A stretch of DNA of 64,000 bases from Octopus bimaculoides (taxonomy: Eukaryota), in contig NC_068981.1 of assembly GCF_001194135.2 (NCBI RefSeq), positions 106,599,628 to 106,663,627 on the forward strand. The letters are read 5' to 3'. Below the pieces are notes generated by a model that saw only the letters and a list, made by a program, of their open reading frames with translations, was not told where the DNA came from and did not search any database. Shown here piece by piece: positions 49,535 through 63,453 of this stretch. Position numbers and translations under genes: made by a program. The number at the start of each line of letters is the position of its first letter. The first letter of the stretch is position 1.

Positions 49535-50689
49535 TCACACACAAATACTCATGCATACATAAACATACACTCAGAGAAAATATTTTATAGGTGTTGTTAA
49601 TCCCATCCCAACGTTAGCAAATATTGGGAAAAAACTTTGACAACTTCGTAGTCATCACTATCACACCCCATGATATTGAGTCATTAAACCACCACTGAAA
49701 ATTCAGTTTCAATGCTTTACAAAAAATTAACTCACAATATGTGAAGTAGAAAATTTTCGAAAACATTGGCCATGATGCTTGATCTAAGACTAACCTTTAA
49801 GCAGTTTCCTTTCCATTCTTTGAAAATACGAAAATCTTTATTCTTGCTTTATTATGTCTAGAAATAACAGCTGTGAGCTAATGAAGAAATTCAGTCTCCA
49901 GCATGTAAGCAAGTCAAGGTCTTGATTTTGTTCAAAATTCTTGCAATTTTCTCCAAAAGAATTACATTGTAACTGATCAAACAATTTGTTAGGATAATCT
50001 AGTTGACATTTTATCTAAATTTTACTTTCTATATGTCCTTGTTCTTCCATGATTTACTTCTCAATTAAATTGAACAGAAATAATGGAATATGTTTCAGAA
50101 ATAATGGAATACGTAACAGCCATTTCTCCGAGTTTAGCATTAAAATACATTTAATCTGTTAAAAATAGAATGGCAAAATTTAATTGAAAGCTGTTTGCAT
50201 ACATTCTACTAAACAGCGAATGTTTGCTATTAATATCAACTTTTCATCTGAGATTTCTATTTCATAGTTTAGGGATTAGCAACAGAAAGAACATGCTAAC
50301 AAATAAAAAGAAACAAATAACAAGATGCCTGTCCTGACAGTACTATTGCTGAGGCAGAGCCCCACAGGGGAGTGCTCTGCATACTAAATGCAAATATGGT
50401 TTTGAGATTTCTGTCTTTCAATAGAAATCTCAGAAACATCCTTTAATGGGAATGTGCCAATCTTGTCTCTTTCAACTACAAGAAATACAAAAACTACTTA
50501 CATTGAGATTATAATCATGAGCTTAAAAAGAGTAAAAGATAAAGACATCCTTTTAGTCATGAATGACCATGAGATTGAACCTAGAAAGTTCCTCTCCAAG
50601 GCACAAATCCAGGCAAGGTTGTTTATGAAAGACCAGCAGTTGCCCATGCATACCAGCCTCCCTTCTTCATGCTACTGATGGTACCCAAG

Positions 50690-50875
50690 GGAAAGGCAAA
50701 GGCCAATAGAGCTTGGCACCAGTGATGTTGCAATTCATTCCTACAGCTGAATGAACTGGAACAACATGAAATAAACTCTTACTCAAGAACACAACACACA
50801 ACCTGGTTTGGGTATCAAACTCACTACCTCTTGATTGTTAACTCAACACTCTAACCACTGAGCTATGCACCTTCA
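50690..50875 (-). mobile_element. tRNA-derived SINE
   Basis: Minus strand GGTGCATAGCTCAGTGGTTAGAGTGTTGAG (A box) ... GAGTTTGATACC (B box) ... GTGTTGTGTTCTTGAGTAAG. Confidence 0.75.
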
Positions 50876-51899
50876 TCAGCCTATCTGCCCCTTAAATATG
50901 AGCAGTATGTGACTAGAACCCTAACAATCAGGCTTCACTATCACCAAGATTTCTCTTGGTGATGGTGATGGGAAAAGCTCATTCTTAACAAAGCTAAGCT
51001 AGCATCCCGACCATTGCAGCTTCTTTTCAGAGCCAGAAAATACTTTTATACTATAGGAATGGAATTTAGTTTAGAAGTTACTTTTCAAATAAAATTGGCA
51101 ATATGTTTCCTTTGAATTAACTGTAAACAGATTATAACATTACAACAGTAACTAAATTCTGAAATGTAAAAGAATTCTTGAAGGAAGACAAATACCAACT
51201 TAATTACATTAAATTCATATGCAATGAAAAGCACATTTCTGTGGTTAAGTTACGGAACTTTCCAATTATTCATACATAGGCTGTACATTCAAATCCTGCT
51301 AAATAATTATTTTCTTGAACCAGACACAGTCCATCCTCAGTCCACTTTACCTGGAAAGTAAATCACTATGCATTTTTATAAAGCAACTCCATTTTTATCA
51401 TAGTTTAATTTGAAAAAAAGGGAGCCCTTACAAAAGTAATTTGCAAACCTTTATTCCTCATTGATTATTGAAAATCTACAGGTGTGATAAACAATAAAAT
51501 ATTGCTCTTACATCATGGATGATGCTGTTGTACACAGACATCCTAGAGCACACCCAGAAAAAGGGTCACTTGATAGATTAGCATAAAGTTACTTGCAGAC
51601 ACACTCCAGTCTCTGGCCCATAAATGTTCTGTCTCTTCTTTCTGCTTTCTCTACTAATATAAAGGTCTTTACTCCTCATAGCTGGCTATACTCATGCTAT
51701 CTCTAATAAGTGATTCCCAACCAACTCATCCCTCCTATTCTTATGATTCAACTCTTAGGCTAATCACTAAATTACACTCGTTTCCTTTCCAGAATGTTGG
51801 CTCTCTGGGACTCCTACTATCATTGAAGAGGAACATTAATGACATTAATCTCACAAACCTCAGAGGATGAGTGTATGTGTGTGTGGTGTGGGAGATTGT

Positions 51900-52140
51900 G
51901 ATGGCCATGGACACTTTCTTTCCCCCTAGACTTAGCACGAAAGAAAAAAATATATCCAGGATTACATTATCCTCTGAATCCTTCCTTTCTCACTTAATGG
52001 AGGGTTGTTTGGATACTATTTCTAGCAGGTCAAGCTTCCTTGTTGGTTCATTCAGGAAGGTGTTATATATACTTAGGTGCATAGTCAGCTGTTACAGTGT
52101 CAAAGGAAAGCACAAGGGAGTGGAAATCACACAAAACTAA
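51900..52140 (-). pseudogene. Possible AP-endonuclease remnant of a LINE
   Basis: VLCDFH...FRG/DNVILDIFF resembles GDFN...PT..ILDLFF. Many stops. Confidence 0.3.
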
Positions 52141-52604
52141 AGATTGATTTGTAACGAAAAGATACCTAGAGGGAATAAAAGCAAAGCAAATACAGCATAC
52201 AAGAAGTCAGGATTTGTACTCAACTAGAAACGAATGAGATGAATATAATTCACTACATGTGTCAAACACATTTGACAGATGGAGTGAATGTAGATCAGGT
52301 AGGAATACTAATTAAATGTAAGAGGTTTTATTAGTGAGTAAGAGAGAGAGGAAGCTGGGAGGTCAATAATAAGACTAAAAGAAGGAAAATTCCGTACTTT
52401 TCTAATTAGGACATTGCAATGCCTTGAAGGACAAACAAGCCATTAGTGGCTTCATAAGTGTTTTCATATACAAAGTTTTTGAAGAGTACAGTTGCTACCA
52501 AATTTTCATATTTTTATTTAAAAATGAGCTTTAGTATGACAGAAGTAGTAAAAAAGAGACTTGCAGGATTTAGTTTTTGAATTTAATCATTTTTTGTTGT
52601 TGTT

Positions 52605-52720
52605 GTTGTTCTGAATTCAAATTCTATCAGAAGCTACCCTATGTTTTCTTTCATTTCAGGATTGATAAGATACACGCCAGTCATGTACTGGGGTTGATTT
52701 GATTAACTATACTGCTTCCC
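52605..52720 (+). mobile_element. SINE remnant (family of 27272-27463)
   Basis: TTCTGAATTCAAATTCT..TTTCATTTCAGGATTGATAAGATA..CCAG..ACTGGGGTTGATTTGATTAACT. Confidence 0.5.
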
Positions 52721-53461
52721 TGAAATTACTGAAGGCTAAAAGTCCTGGGATGCATAATTAATATTTTAACATTCAGATTATTTTATAAAATGTAACACTT
52801 ATTTATCCACATTGTTTTGAATTCATCCTGCATTATCTTGTAACTTGAGATTTCAGTTGTGTGACTGTATATTTTTTAGACTAACATTGTAGGGTAGGTG
52901 TGAGAGGCTGGATTTGACCAGTTTGAACATAAAACAGGAAGAATAATATGGCCAGTTTAAATGCAGCCAGTGTATCAATAGACAAGGTCTATGATTCTGT
53001 TTTAAGTTTGCATGACTAGGGAAGAAGTTCCACTTCTATATCACAATAGATAGTATGTAAGGGCAAAACAATTCATGCAGCAATAAGGTAACAAAAGGAG
53101 CTTCAATGTGGTCACCTTGCTTGTGAGAAATAGCAGCCAAATCTTCAGCAAATCATAGTAAAAAACAGCATACATTAGATAATATAGTCCTGATAAAACA
53201 AAAATATGAATAGCCAAGACTATCAACCCTTTTGTTACCATTTTTTTTTTGAAAATCACTGAATTTGATTTAATTGATTTTAAAAATAATGAAGAATTTA
53301 GTAGAACAACTTTGCTGTTATAAAGCTAGTATCTGGAACATAAATTAACATAAAATTTTGATGGAAGTTTTAATTTAGATCACTGAAAAAATTGGTATGT
53401 TTGTATGATAGAAACAAGGACAGTTTCAGGTAGGTTGGTATAAAAAGGGTTACCTGGGGTT

Positions 53462-54500
53462 TTGTATAGGTGAATGCCCTTCCTGACACCAACTACTTCA
53501 CAGCATGTACTGGGTACATTTTTTAATGCCACCAATATTAGTAAGGTTGCCATGCAGCTTACAAGATTATGAATCCCAAGAGAAGCCCTTTATGCTTGGA
53601 GATAAGAGTATATGAAAAGGGAGAGGAAAGAGCAGGATGGGTTTCTTGCTATAGAGGAGTGACATGGCTTCTCACATGCTAAAAGAATTGGTGGAAACTA
53701 TTGGAGTGAGATTTGAAGTGGAAAGGGAAACGTTCAGAAAAAAGAGAAGGGAGTGAGATATAATAAAAGAAAACAGCAATATAATTAGATGTAATATAAG
53801 ACTGCTTGGTCTTTGCATGAAACATATCATTTTGGGACTATTAACCTCATCTGTAGAAATGAAACATTTTCTATTTTTTCTCCACCACTATATGTCTCTC
53901 ACACTCCCTATTCATTATGCCTGCCACTCTCTTCTCTGTCTTTTGTCCTAGCAACCTACCCAACCACATGTCAACTCTCTCTCTCTCTCTCATCCTTACT
54001 GTATTATCATTAATATTCAGCTGATTTTCACTCCTATGTATCATTGGTTATCCCCAGCCCTTATCCACCATTCACTCCTATATCCACCTCTCTACAATTG
54101 TTCTTCACTCATTATATCCATTACCTCAACCATTCGCAATCACTCACATACATTTTTGCAACTTCTGCCTACAGACACTTTTGGTTCTGTCTGCACTTAT
54201 TTCTACTCACCTTGTACCTTGAGAGTCCACCCAGACACCTCATCAACATTGTTCTTATCTCTTCTTAGCTCCATTCCAATAACTCACACCAATTCTTTTA
54301 GAACGTGAGAAGCCATGTCACTCCTCTACAGCATGAAACCCATCCTGCTCTTTCCTCTCCCTTTTCATATATCTCCAAGTATAAAGGGCTTCTCTTGTAA
54401 GCTGCATGGTGACCTTACTAATGTTTGTGGCATTAAAAAAATGTATCCAGTACATGTTATGAAGTAGATGGTGTCAAGAAGGGCATTCACCTATACAAAA
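53462..54500. repeat. ~250-bp inverted repeats flanking a pyrimidine-rich core
   Basis: About 53462-53710 is the reverse complement of about 54275-54500 (e.g. GAGGAGTGACATGGCTTCTCAC versus GTGAGAAGCCATGTCACTCCTC). Outer ends resemble the RTE tail motif GAATGCCCTTCCTGACACCAAC. Confidence 0.8.
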
Positions 54501-54938
54501 CATGTCAAAGTAGACAACATTGTATTGTCTCCCTTCAATGAAGTCAAGTTACTTGTCCTCTTTGACAGAATAAAGATACAGTTGCTACATATATAACAAA
54601 AAGAATAAGACTCTTCCCTACTTTATATGAAAAACATCCAACTAGAAACCTCAAAATCACTAGTTATGCTAGGCATCTGTATTATTAAGGATCTCTCATG
54701 GTGATTTCTCATCTCAAACATTACAAAGAATAGCCTTCCTCTTCAGGGCAGAAAATAACTCAGTCTTAACAACTCATAACTCATTATGAAACTCGAATGT
54801 GACCTACAATAACATCTTGTAATCTGAATGTATAGCATCTCATACAAATGAATTACTGATATCTACTATTTTTGGACCATCTTTCATTTATATCTATATC
54901 AGTCTATCATATGTATATATGTGCATATATATTCTATC

Positions 54939-54972
<34 letters not shown>

Positions 54973-55074
54973 NNNNNNNNNNNNNNNNNNNNNNNNNNNN
55001 NNNNNNNNNNNNNNNNNNNNNNNNNNNNNNNNNNNNNNNNNNNNNNNNNNNNNNNNNNNNNNNNNNNNNNNTAT

Positions 55075-56065
55075 ACTCATCATTGTTTAACATCCACTTT
55101 CCATGCTAGCATGGGTTGGATGATTTGACTGAGGACTGGCAAGCCAGCAGGCTGCACCAGGCTCCAATCTGATTTGGCAGAGTTTGTACAGTTGGATGCC
55201 CTTCCTAATGCCAACCACTCCAAGAGTGTAGTGGGTGATTTTACATGCCACCGGCACAAGAGTCAGTCACACGGTACTGGCAACGACCACGCTCAAAAAG
55301 GTGTTTTTTATGTGCCACCTGCACAGGAGCCAGTTCAGCAGTACTGGCAACGGCCTCGCTTGAATGATTTTCTAACATGCCACCAGCACAAGTGCCAGAA
55401 GACAATGCTGGTAACGATTCTGCTCAAACGGTGCAATTTACGGGCCACAAGCACGGGAGCCAGACAGCTGCTCTGGTAATGAACATGCTCGGACAGTGCT
55501 GTTAGTGCTCCACTGGCGCAGGTGCCAGCCATTGAGTATGGTTCAATTACGATTTCGATTTCACTTCCCCCAACAGGTCTTCGCAAGTAGAGTTTAGTGT
55601 CCAATGAAGGAGAGGTTGGCATGGATGCCAGTCGTCGGATTCTGTTCGATTTCGATTTCAGATTTCAAATTGCAAATTCACTTGCCTCAACAGATCTTCA
55701 CAAGCAGAGTTTTTAGTGTCAAATGAAGTAAAGATACGAATAAGTGAGCTGGCTACACTTCTGGCAGAGGTCACAGATTATGCTCTCACTTGCCTTGCCG
55801 GGTCTTCTCATGTACTGCATATTTCCAAAGGTCCAGGTCAGTGGTCATTGCCTCGGTGAGTCCTAAAGTTCAAAGGTTGTGTTTCACCACCTCATCTCAG
55901 GTCTTCCTGGGTCTACCTCTTCCACAGGTTCCCTCAACTGCTAGGGTGTGGCACTTTTTCACACAGCTATCCTCATCCATTCTTGCCACATGTCCAACAG
56001 GCTCCATCACTTGTCAGGAGGAGAAACTAGAAGCAGTTGATAGCTTCCACTACCTAGGGGTCAGC
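55075..56065 (-). mobile_element. RTE LINE 3' portion with a short inverted 5' piece
   Basis: Minus strand 55997-55075 carries the C-terminus, 3' UTR and tail. 55998-56065 is plus-oriented RT sequence GSITCQEEKLEAVDSFHYLG. Confidence 0.8.
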
Positions 56066-57094
56066 TTAGCATATCTAAAAAATCTGAAGATTGAAAATTA
56101 TATTACATACAAAATTAAGAGGAATGACCACTAAAGTGGACTCCTAATATGCTAAATATAGACGTGAAATAGCCATTACCATGAAGAGTGTTTTCTCAAG
56201 AAAAATTTCAACAAAACACCACAATGTAAAAATGAGCAAGACAAACGAAAATATACAAAATAAAGAATGATTACCTACGTACCATGATTTCACTTGTTAA
56301 TATTTATGTATGCAAATATCTGCAAGATCATCAGTGTAGTCTGTCGCTTACAAAATACAATTTCCAGAACTAGACACAGAACGCTCACCCAAAAGAGATC
56401 ATGTTTATANNNNNNNNNNNNNNNNNNNNNNNNNNNNNNNNNNNNNNNNNNNNNNNNNNNNNNNNNNNNNNNNNNNNNNNNNNNNNNNNNNNNNNNNNNN
56501 NNNNNNNNNNNNNNNNNNNNNNNNNNNNNNNNNNNNNNNNNNNNNNNNNNNNNNNNNNNNNNNNNNNNNNNNNNNNNNNNNNNNNNNNNNNNNNNNNNNN
56601 NNNNNNNNNNNNNNNNNNNNNNNNNNNNNNNNNNNNNNNNNNNNNNNNNNNNNNNNNNNNNNNNNNNNNNNNNNNNNNNNNNNNNNNNNNNNNNNNNNNN
56701 NNNNNNNNNNNNNNNNNNNNNNNNNNNNNNNNNNNNNNNNNNNNNNNNNNNNNNNNNNNNNNNNNNNNNNNNNNNNNNNNNNNNNNNNNNNNNNNNNNNN
56801 NNNNNNNNNNNNNNNNNNNNNNNNNNNNNNNNNNNNNNNNNNNNNNNNNNNNNNNNNNNNNNNNNNNNNNNNNNNNNNNNNNNNNNNNNNNNNNNNNNNN
56901 NNNNNNNNNNNNNNNNNNNNNNNNNNNNNNNNNNNNNNNNNNNNNNNNNNNNNNNNNNNNNNNNNNNNNNNNNNNNNNNNNNNNNNNNNNNNNNNNNNNN
57001 NNNNNNNNNNNNNNNNNNNNNNNNNNNNNNNNNNNNNNNNNNNNNNNNNNNNNNNNNNNNNNNNNNNNNNNNNNNNNNNNNNNNNNNNNNNNAT

Positions 57095-58560
57095 AGGCTA
57101 CAATTATGGTTTCATTTGGCTTGCCGGGTCTTCTCAAGCACAGCATATCTCCAAAGGTCTCGGTTACCTGTCATTGCCTCAGTGAGGCCCAATGTTCAAA
57201 GGTCGTGCTTCACCACCGCATCTCAAGTCTTCCTGGATCTACCTCTTCTGCAGGTTCCCTCAATTGCTAGGGTGTGACACTTTTTTACACAGTTGTACTC
57301 ATCCATTCATAACACATGACCAGACCAGTGCAGTCGTCTCTCTTGCATACCACATCTGATGCTTCTTAAGTCCAACATTTCTCTCAGGGTACTTACACTC
57401 TGTCGTGTATGCACACTGACATTACACATCTAGCGGAGCATACTGGCTTCATTCTTTGCAAGTTTACGCATGTCCTCAGCAGCCATGACCCATGTTTCAC
57501 AGCCATGTAGCATAGCTATTTGCACATATGCATCATAGTCTGCCTTTTACTCTGACGGAGAGGCCCTTTGTCACCAGCAGAGGTAGGAGCTCTCTGAACT
57601 TTGCCCAGGCTATCCTTACTCTATCAGCTACACTTTCAGAGCATCCAGCCCCGTTACTGACTTGGCCACCTAGGTAACAGAAGCTATCAACTACTTCTAG
57701 TTTTCCCCTGGAATGTGACAGAAGCTGTTCTCTGCACATTTTCAGTGTTTATTGCCCCTGAGCATTTTCCACACACAAAATCTGTCTTCCCAGTTAGCGT
57801 TCCTTTGATATTGCTGCACCTCTTATGTGTCCATAGCTTACACTGGGCACATTTTATGGAGTTTCTACCTATGCCTTTTCTACAGCTCGAGCAGGGCCAT
57901 CTACCTGAAGGGATTTGTGATTTGTCTGCCTTCCAAGATTTTGGTTTTGATAGTGACTCAACAATTAGAGCAAGGCCATCAGCATAGAGAAGCTCTCAGG
58001 GGCATCCTGTCTTGAATTCCTCTGTTATTGCCTGGAGGACTATGATGAATAAGAGGGAGCTGAAGACCCCTATCCCAACCTGGAATTCTTCACTGCATTC
58101 ATCGGCAACCCTCAATTTACCGACAGCGTCCCTGTACATGGCTTGTACAGCTTTCACTAACCATTCACCTATCCCTAGTTTCCTCATTGACCACAAGATA
58201 AGGGAATGGGGGACCCTGTCAAAGGCTTTCTCCATGTCACCGAAAGCCAGATACAGAGGTTTATCTTTGGCTAGGTATTTCTCCTGCAGCTGTCTTATCA
58301 GAAATATAGCATCAGTGGTACTTTTCTCTGGCACAAAACCAAACTGCATTTCATCTAGATTGACTCTCCCCCTAATTAGATAGTCTATGACCCTCTCTGT
58401 TACTTTCATTACCTGATCCAACAACTTGATACCTCTGTAATTATTTGTATCTAATGCATCACCTTTACCTTTGTAGCAGTTGACTATGGTACTGCTACAC
58501 CAGTCATTGGGTATGACTTCTTCATGTATCACCTGGTTGATATGTGACTAGACTATAGCC
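57095..58560 (-). mobile_element. 5'-truncated RTE LINE with RT domain and embedded PHD-type finger
   Basis: IPNDWCSSTIVNCYKGKGDA..NYRGIKLL..QFGFVP..STTDAIF..DMEKAFDRVP..GCP*ELLYADG..; then CSSC-CAQC-HKRC-CGKC; then KLEVVDSFCYLG..GRL..LHGCETW..RLHWSGHVM. Confidence 0.92.
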
Positions 58561-58601
58561 GACACCACCAGATATTTTGAGTATCTATATATATATGTAT
58601 A

Positions 58602-58670
<69 letters not shown>

Positions 58671-59344
58671 AGATAAATAGATATGTAGCAAACAGCTACT
58701 AAATGCCTAAGCAATGATTGGAAAGTGGATTCACAGTTTGCCACAATTCATTGGCCTATCATTCTAGCCTGTTGCAGTAGGAAATCTATGAGAATAAACA
58801 GACCTCATGATCTTCCACGAATTACACATGGGTCAGAAATGAAACAGAAGAGAAATCCTTTCTTTTCACTTGATAGAGTTTGGTTATGGAATATATAAAT
58901 TGAACAGCAAATACATCCTCTCTCTCTTTTGTTCCTGTTTCTGATTAAAGAGCATCTTTCTTTCTTCCTCCTTCTTTCTGTTAATAATGGAGAGAGTACC
59001 TTTGTGTGTGGGACAACATACTACTTATACTCTCTATTTACTTTGAATTTCGTTACTTTTTCTCTCTCTAATGGTTACACAGCTGAAGCAATACGCAATG
59101 GACTATAGAACTAAAGACAATTTGTTTACTCTAGCAACAAAGAAGTTATATGCACAATTTACAACTCGAAGTTGTTTTCAACATTGTGACGCCCATCGTA
59201 ATAATCATAATAAATGACCATCTCAATAAGCAATTAATCTTCTTTCTTTAATCAGTCATCTGATGCATTTTGATGTTAAATTTTGTTGTTACAAATTGGT
59301 GACCCCAAGACTCAAGAACTGCCTGCCATCATTACATATATATG

Positions 59345-59395
<51 letters not shown>

Positions 59396-60985
59396 TATCT
59401 AGATAGGGTGAAAATCGAAGATGTGTCCTTTTGAAGAACATCTTATTCCGGTGCTCCAAAGTCATATATAAATTTTATATTTGAGTGGGGTATGTATAAA
59501 AGCTGAAAACTCTAGAAAATGATCTTTATCAAAACAGGAGAATGGAAAAAAGTTTTGATCCATGCATACATACATGTATATATATATATATTTATATATA
59601 TGTGTGTGTAAAAGGTAAGCTGAGTTAGCAGTTATAGTAACCAACTAAGGGATAAAATATCCGTATTTACTATTGGTATCAGTTACTTATGCTATCCCTG
59701 GGCATGGTATGCAGGCTCACTATGCTCATAAGGTACAGGTAGCAACAGAATAAACAAAAGTTTATCAGGAATCAGATTTAAATAATCAGAAAATGGAGAA
59801 AACTCTAGATCAACAAACAAATAAATTGGAGCACATCCGTAGATTATTTTTTAATACAAAACATGACACATTTCTGTGACATAACAATTCATAAGGCTGT
59901 TTCCGCTTCCAATGTCAGTCGGTGCCTATGAAAGAATTACGAAAATAATATTCTTCATCTTCATAGGATATTCAAAACAGAAAACGGAGCTTCATCAGAG
60001 TGAATACAAAAGCGTCCAAAAAATAAACAAATGGAAGAGGGAATAGGAAAGAAACATGGCCTTGAGAAAAAGCCAGGAGGCTCAATAGATGAAAATTTTC
60101 TGGCTTTTTTCTTGAGGTCNNNNNNNNNNNNNNNNNNNNNNNNNNNNNNNNNNNNNNNNNNNNNNNNNNNNNNNNNNNNNNNNNNNNNNNNNNNNNNNNN
60201 NNNNNNNNNNNNNNNNNNNNNNNNNNNNNNNNNNNNNNNNNNNNNNNNNNNNNNNNNNNNNNNNNNNNNNNNNNNNNNNNNNNNNNNNNNNNNNNNNNNN
60301 NNNNNNNNNNNNNNNNNNNNNNNNNNNNNNNNNNNNNNNNNNNNNNNNNNNNNNNNNNNNNNNNNNNNNNNNNNNNNNNNNNNNNNNNNNNNNNNNNNNN
60401 NNNNNNNNNNNNNNNNNNNNNNNNNNNNNNNNNNNNNNNNNNNNNNNNNNNNNNNNNNNNNNNNNNNNNNNNNNNNNNNNNNNNNNNNNNNNNNNNNNNN
60501 NNNNNNNNNNNNNNNNNNNNNNNNNNNNNNNNNNNNNNNNNNNNNNNNNNNNNNNNNNNNNNNNNNNNNNNNNNNNNNNNNNNNNNNNNNNNNNNNNNNN
60601 NNNNNNNNNNNNNNNNNNNNNNNNNNNNNNNNNNNNNNNNNNNNNNNNNNNNNNNNNNNNNNNNNNNNNNNNNNNNNNNNNNNNNNNNNNNNNNNNNNNN
60701 NNNNNNNNNNNNNNNNNNNNNNNNNNNNNNNNNNNNNNNNNNNNNNNNNNNNNNNNNNNNNNNNNNNNNNNNNNNNNNNNNNNNNNNNNNNNNNNNNNNN
60801 NNNNNNNNNNNNNNNNNNNNNNNNNNNNNNNNNNNNNNNNNNNNNNNNNNNNNNNNNNNNNNNNNNNNNNNNNNNNNNNNNNNNNNNNNNNNNNNNNNNN
60901 NNNNNNNNNNNNNNNNNNNNNNNNNNNNNNNNNNNNNNNNNNNNNNNNNNNNNNNNNNNNNNNNNNNNNNNNNNNNNNNNNNNNN

Positions 60986-61023
<38 letters not shown>

Positions 61024-61544
61024 GCTACTTTGTAAAAATACTGTAATTGCTTATCTTTTGGCTAAAGTGAACAAAGATTGGTAGAATAATGTACTTGATT
61101 CAAAAAAATAATTACTGTGACAGAATTTGAATTTAGAATCTTTGAATTAATAATCCGACATCTCCATAACTTAGGGAATAGAAATGCTTACTGTTATTCC
61201 ATAGCATAAATATTCAGGTATGCAAAAAATAAACAAAAAATGGATAAGAGAATAGAAAGAGTCACTTGGGTGTGGTTCAATGTCTCTTTTTTTATATTAA
61301 TGGAAATACGAATCATTTGATGAGGTTTCTCCAGTGAAATTGTGTTTATATTTCTATCAAATTAATTGAAAGTAAATTACAAAAGAACAACAGAGATTAA
61401 ATTTCGAAATGTGGAAAGATTCTCGAGGGAATACCCTCGACCCTACATTGAATTTATCTGCAATGATAAGCCACATCAAAATTGGTCTGCATCTAGTTGG
61501 AACCTAATTTAGTTTCTCATATACTACTGACATGCTTTAATATG

Positions 61545-61622
61545 TTACTTCCTGTGATTGACGTCACTTCCGTTTCTTTCTCCAGCGAGTACTCGGATTT
61601 GTTTGAAGCTGTCAAGGTAGGT
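61545..61622 (+). promoter_or_regulatory. Probable housekeeping promoter with a short first exon and splice donor
   Basis: ETS-type ACTTCCTG (61547-61554), palindromic CRE TGACGTCA (61559-61566) overlapping ETS CACTTCCG (61565-61572), donor AAG|GTAGGT at 61616/61617. CpG is visibly more frequent from about 61400 to the window end. Confidence 0.55.
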
Positions 61623-63397
61623 GAATTGTTTTTGACTACACTTATCGTTAAAGCTATGATATAGTATAAGAGATATATTTTTAAAACGCAGTTACAGAAG
61701 CTTGTGACTTTTTATAAACTGACAAAAGCCTGTTCGTTACTGGTTATGAGATCTTCGAAAGCCAGTGATACTCAGACCACATTTCTATCCTTCCATCGTT
61801 CCGTTCGCTTGTGTTATAGATGAAAATATAAATATATACATTTATATATATCAAATTGAAACGTCAGTTAGCTTAGCTATTTCGATGTCTACTTTGTTGT
61901 TGTTCTTTTCCGTGTTGTTTCATTTACGAAAATAATGCAATTTAGAAGAACCGTTTTATGCTTTTGTGTTGTTGATATCCTCATTTTAGACTGATGTAAC
62001 GTGACCGGGTTGCGTGCATGGTTATGAAGGTGTATAAATATTTAGATTATCTGAATTACTGCTAAGGAAACCTGTTATTACTATTATCATATTGTTAGAA
62101 AAAATAACGAAACGAAAAGAATGAAATAGGAAAGGAAAGAAAATTTACACATTTTTTTTTGTAAAGAATTTCATTATGTACTCGTATATATTACATTGCT
62201 ACTACTGTTGTTTACTGTCCCCGTTCATTCAGCTATGTACTACTAGAACAGTTATTAGTGTTGTATATATACTTGCTCTGCAAACTTATATAGCTATACT
62301 CGTTGAACATTCCATTTTTAGAACTATAAATTCTTCCTGCTGTTTTCCATTTCTTCTTCTGTCCATCCTTTTCCTGCATACAACCGTTAGTTCATATTTA
62401 CAGTGAAATAACTTATCGGAACAAACTGGAAGAAGGTATGTTACCATTGATGGAATAGGAGAGAACCAACAATTGTATTACACATACACATGATTTATTT
62501 TTAAGCAGTCATTAATTGTCTCTTAGTTTTTATTTTATTTGATATTTTTATGCAGACACTTCGTTTAGATCAATTTAATAAGTAGATCAGTTTGTTGCTG
62601 AGCATGTTTGCCAGTGCTATAGTAACGCTTTCGGGTCCCATGATACTTTCATCTTAACACTTGCGTGCATTCGCTCTTTTCTTTTTTTTTTCCTAGGAAT
62701 ATTTTACTTGTGAAAGAATCTGTATTTTCCCCACCCTTGTCCTTTGTGCGTAAATGTATAGCACCTAAATTTCTGGCTAATTTCAGATATATGTATATAT
62801 AAAATCGTTGTCTTAATATTTATTCACAGCACCGTCCCATGGCGATTACATTTCTAATTGGAGCCTCGAATTTTATTTTCAGTCGATTGCTATACATGTT
62901 TTACTGTTGACAATGTTTTTACACTCTTGAGTAATGGTGATTGTTAATTATGAATACGACAAACCTCTGTGTGCACACTGACAAATACAAGTGTTTTACG
63001 ACCCAGTGACATCTACTTGGTTACTTGATTTAGAAACAGAATCTAAGTTTTATTAAAATTTTACCCTTACTATCTAAAATATGAAGAAAACATAGGTTGA
63101 TGTATTCTTAGCTATGATTTCTGCAAAGCAATCACAGGATAGTTAAGACTGGAACACCCTCGATCATAAGTCTGTTCTAAAAAGGAGACCTAGGGCTAAA
63201 CAACAACACCAGCGTTTTCAGTGTGTCGATTTCATTAAGACATTCCGTAAAGGTTTTTCTTGAATTGATTGTATGTTTACTTAATGTTATCTCACTCTTC
63301 ATCTGCAATGTTATCTAATTCGAAAATGTATCCTGTTTATTTAAAGATATATGCATATTGTATGCGCGTGCTTGACGTATGTATAACCTGTGTGCAC

Positions 63398-63453
<56 letters not shown>

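Noticed and set aside
50454-50678. 74-aa ORF or exon on either strand
   Set aside because: No recognisable domain, the 3' part runs into repeat sequence, and splice signals point to both strands.
52758-52964. piggyBac-type MITE
   Set aside because: It resembles a repeat I recall from cephalopods, but TIRs and the TTAA TSD are not demonstrable in this copy.
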